From assembly GCA_945901265.1 (NCBI GenBank), contig CAMDJZ010000006.1:1-61136 (forward strand): 61,136 nucleotides of DNA, written 5' to 3'. This document shows positions 59,299 through 61,136 of the stretch, in pieces. Position numbers and translations under genes: made by a program. Position 1 is the stretch's first letter; each line of letters opens with the position of its first letter. The notes under the pieces were generated by a model that saw only the letters and a list, made by a program, of their open reading frames with translations, ran no database searches and was not told the origin of the DNA. The DNA comes from Rickettsia typhi (lineage in GTDB: Bacteria; Pseudomonadota; Alphaproteobacteria; Rickettsiales; UBA1997).

Positions 59299-61020
59299 AT
59301 GACGCTAAAAAATGATATTTCTCTTTCAAGTCTTCAAGCAGATTTGCTGAAACCAAAAATTACAATTTTTGGAGTTGGTGGAGCTGGTGGTAATGCCATA
59401 AACAATATGATTCGATCTAATCTTGAAGGTGTAGAATTTGTTGCTGCTAATACTGATGCCCAATCACTTTCAAACTCATTGGCAAAAAATAAAATTCAGC
59501 TTGGATTAAAAACTACAAGAGGCCTTGGGGCTGGATCTTTTCCTGATCGCGGACGCGCTTCTGCGGAAGAAAATATTGAAGAAATTGAACAATTTCTTAA
59601 TGGAGCAAATATGGTTTTCATTGCTGCTGGAATGGGAGGAGGAACCGGTACAGGAGCTGCACCAGTAATTGCTAAATTAGCTAGAGAAAGAGATATTTTA
59701 ACAGTTGGTGTTGTTACCAAGCCATTTCATTTTGAAGGTAAATATCGCATGGAAACGGCAGATTCAGGAATTGATGAATTAAAAAAATATGTTGATACAT
59801 TAATTATAATTCCAAATCAAAATCTTTTTCGCATTGCTAATGAGCACACTACTTTTGAATCAGCTTTTAAAATGGCTGATGATGTTTTGCATGCTGGGGT
59901 TAGAGGAATTACCGATCTAATCACCATGCCAGGTCTTGTTAATCTTGATTTTGCTGATATTCGTACTATCATGACCAAAATGGGTAAGGCAATGATGGGA
60001 ACCGGTGAGGCAACGGGAGATAATCGCGCACTTGATGCTTGTGAAGCTGCAATTTCCAATCCATTACTTGATAATATTTCAATTAAAGGTGCAAAAGGTG
60101 TTTTAGTTAACATGACTGGTGGACCAGATATGACATTGTTTGAAGCTGATATCGCAGTTAATGCCATCAAGAAAGAAGTTGATCCAAATGCTAATATTAT
60201 TTTTGGTTCTGCCTTTAATGAAAATATGAAAGGTAAAATTAGAATTTCTGTTGTGGCAACTGGTATTGACATTGAAGAATTTAAGCGCGAAATAAAAAAT
60301 GATTATGGTCGTGATAATTCAAAAGCTGAACGTCATTTAGAGCAAAATGAAGTAAGTCGTTTTAAAATAAATCTTGATGGTAAAGAAAAAAATTCAGAAA
60401 AAAATTATTTTGATCCAGGCTTTGTGCAATCGAATTCTGGCGATGAAATTGAAGAAATTAATCAAGATAATTTTTCAACAAAAAAATCTTATATTGCTCA
60501 AGAAAATAATGAATTTGAAGATAATCTTGATAATAACAAAAATAATATTACTCAAAAGCCAATAAATTTATCCAATAAATCTCTAAATTTTTTTGAAAAT
60601 GATGATTTTTATGATGAGTCAATTGCTGATGATGATGCGCAAGATCAAGAAAACATTGAACCAATTGCTAAAGAAGCTGAACAAAAGAAAAAATCCCCAA
60701 ATTCTAAATCTTCTAAAGTTAAATTAAAAAAAGAATCTGGTTTTAATTTATTTGGATTTATGAATTCAAATAAAGCAAAAATAACTGATCTTGATGATGA
60801 GGATGAAAATATCATTGAAACAAATATCGCAAAGCATTCTAAGTCAAAGGCTCATAACCATTTAGGCGAAACAAATTACGATAAATCAAGAAGTAATGCT
60901 GAAATGAAGCGTAAGCAATTTTTTGGTGAAACAATTTTTGATGATAATGTTAATAATTCGGGCGATTATTTTGAAGATGAGATTGTCAATGTCCCAGCAT
61001 TTTTGCGTCGCAAAAAATAA
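59299..61020 (+). CDS. ftsZ: Cell division protein FtsZ with long acidic linker
   Basis: GVGGAGGNA, signature [16 protein letters not shown]-terminal VPAFLRRKK. Confidence 0.98.
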   Translation: MTLKNDISLSSLQADLLKPKITIFGVGGAGGNAINNMIRSNLEGVEFVAANTDAQSLSNSLAKNKIQLGLKTTRGLGAGSFPDRGRASAEENIEEIEQFLNGANMVFIAAGMGGGTGTGAAPVIAKLARERDILTVGVVTKPFHFEGKYRMETADSGIDELKKYVDTLIIIPNQNLFRIANEHTTFESAFKMADDVLHAGVRGITDLITMPGLVNLDFADIRTIMTKMGKAMMGTGEATGDNRALDACEAAISNPLLDNISIKGAKGVLVNMTGGPDMTLFEADIAVNAIKKEVDPNANIIFGSAFNENMKGKIRISVVATGIDIEEFKREIKNDYGRDNSKAERHLEQNEVSRFKINLDGKEKNSEKNYFDPGFVQSNSGDEIEEINQDNFSTKKSYIAQENNEFEDNLDNNKNNITQKPINLSNKSLNFFENDDFYDESIADDDAQDQENIEPIAKEAEQKKKSPNSKSSKVKLKKESGFNLFGFMNSNKAKITDLDDEDENIIETNIAKHSKSKAHNHLGETNYDKSRSNAEMKRKQFFGETIFDDNVNNSGDYFEDEIVNVPAFLRRKK

Positions 61021-61025
61021 ATATT

Positions 61026-61136
61026 ATGACGCAAATTTATTTAATTTCGCCACCACAAATTAATCTTTTTGAATTTGCTAAGGAGTTAGACGCAGTTTTA
61101 AAAACTGCAATGGTTCCAGTATTTCAGCTTCGCCTC
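61026..61136 (+). CDS. thiE: Thiamine-phosphate synthase, 3'-partial
   Basis: MTQIYLISPPQI...VFQLRL matches the N-terminus of alphaproteobacterial ThiE; runs off the window end. Confidence 0.75.
   Translation, partial: MTQIYLISPPQINLFEFAKELDAVLKTAMVPVFQLRL

Overview
A 61 kb, very AT-rich chromosomal segment of an alphaproteobacterium, most consistent with a Rickettsiales-like lineage that is still metabolically fairly complete. This assignment is an inference from Tim44, CobT, the large NAD-GDH, alpha-type ThiE, long-linker FtsZ, tRNA-His keeping G-1, a stand-alone tRNA-Ile(GAU) and heavily shuffled operons. Most of the window is housekeeping: acnA, hpf, rpsU, gyrB, bioF, rlmB, nadK, uvrC, thyX, tatA, rho, pgi, pheS, dprA, tsaD, rsmI, infC, gdh, pntA, ftsZ, thiE and four tRNAs (His, Ile, Cys, Leu). 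I see no CRISPR array, prophage, integrase or IS. The most notable items are: (1) a His/CxxC/RAPP leader ORF plus a terminator-like hairpin ahead of a TonB-dependent receptor-exbB-exbD-tonB operon, a candidate metal-sensing ribosome-arrest attenuator; (2) two paralogous pilin-LamG-like genes with conserved ends and a divergent core; (3) a class A PBP with an intact glycosyltransferase but a dead-looking transpeptidase; (4) a miniature Crp/Fnr regulator with a perfect FNR box just upstream; (5) Rho with an N/Q/S-rich N-terminal extension; (6) GyrB with a natural EGNSA (D426N-equivalent) motif; (7) UvrC lacking its HhH domain; (8) several orphan effector-like proteins, one with an unrecognised four-fold repeat; and (9) two interrupted genes. 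All calls come from reading motifs by eye; no database searches were run.
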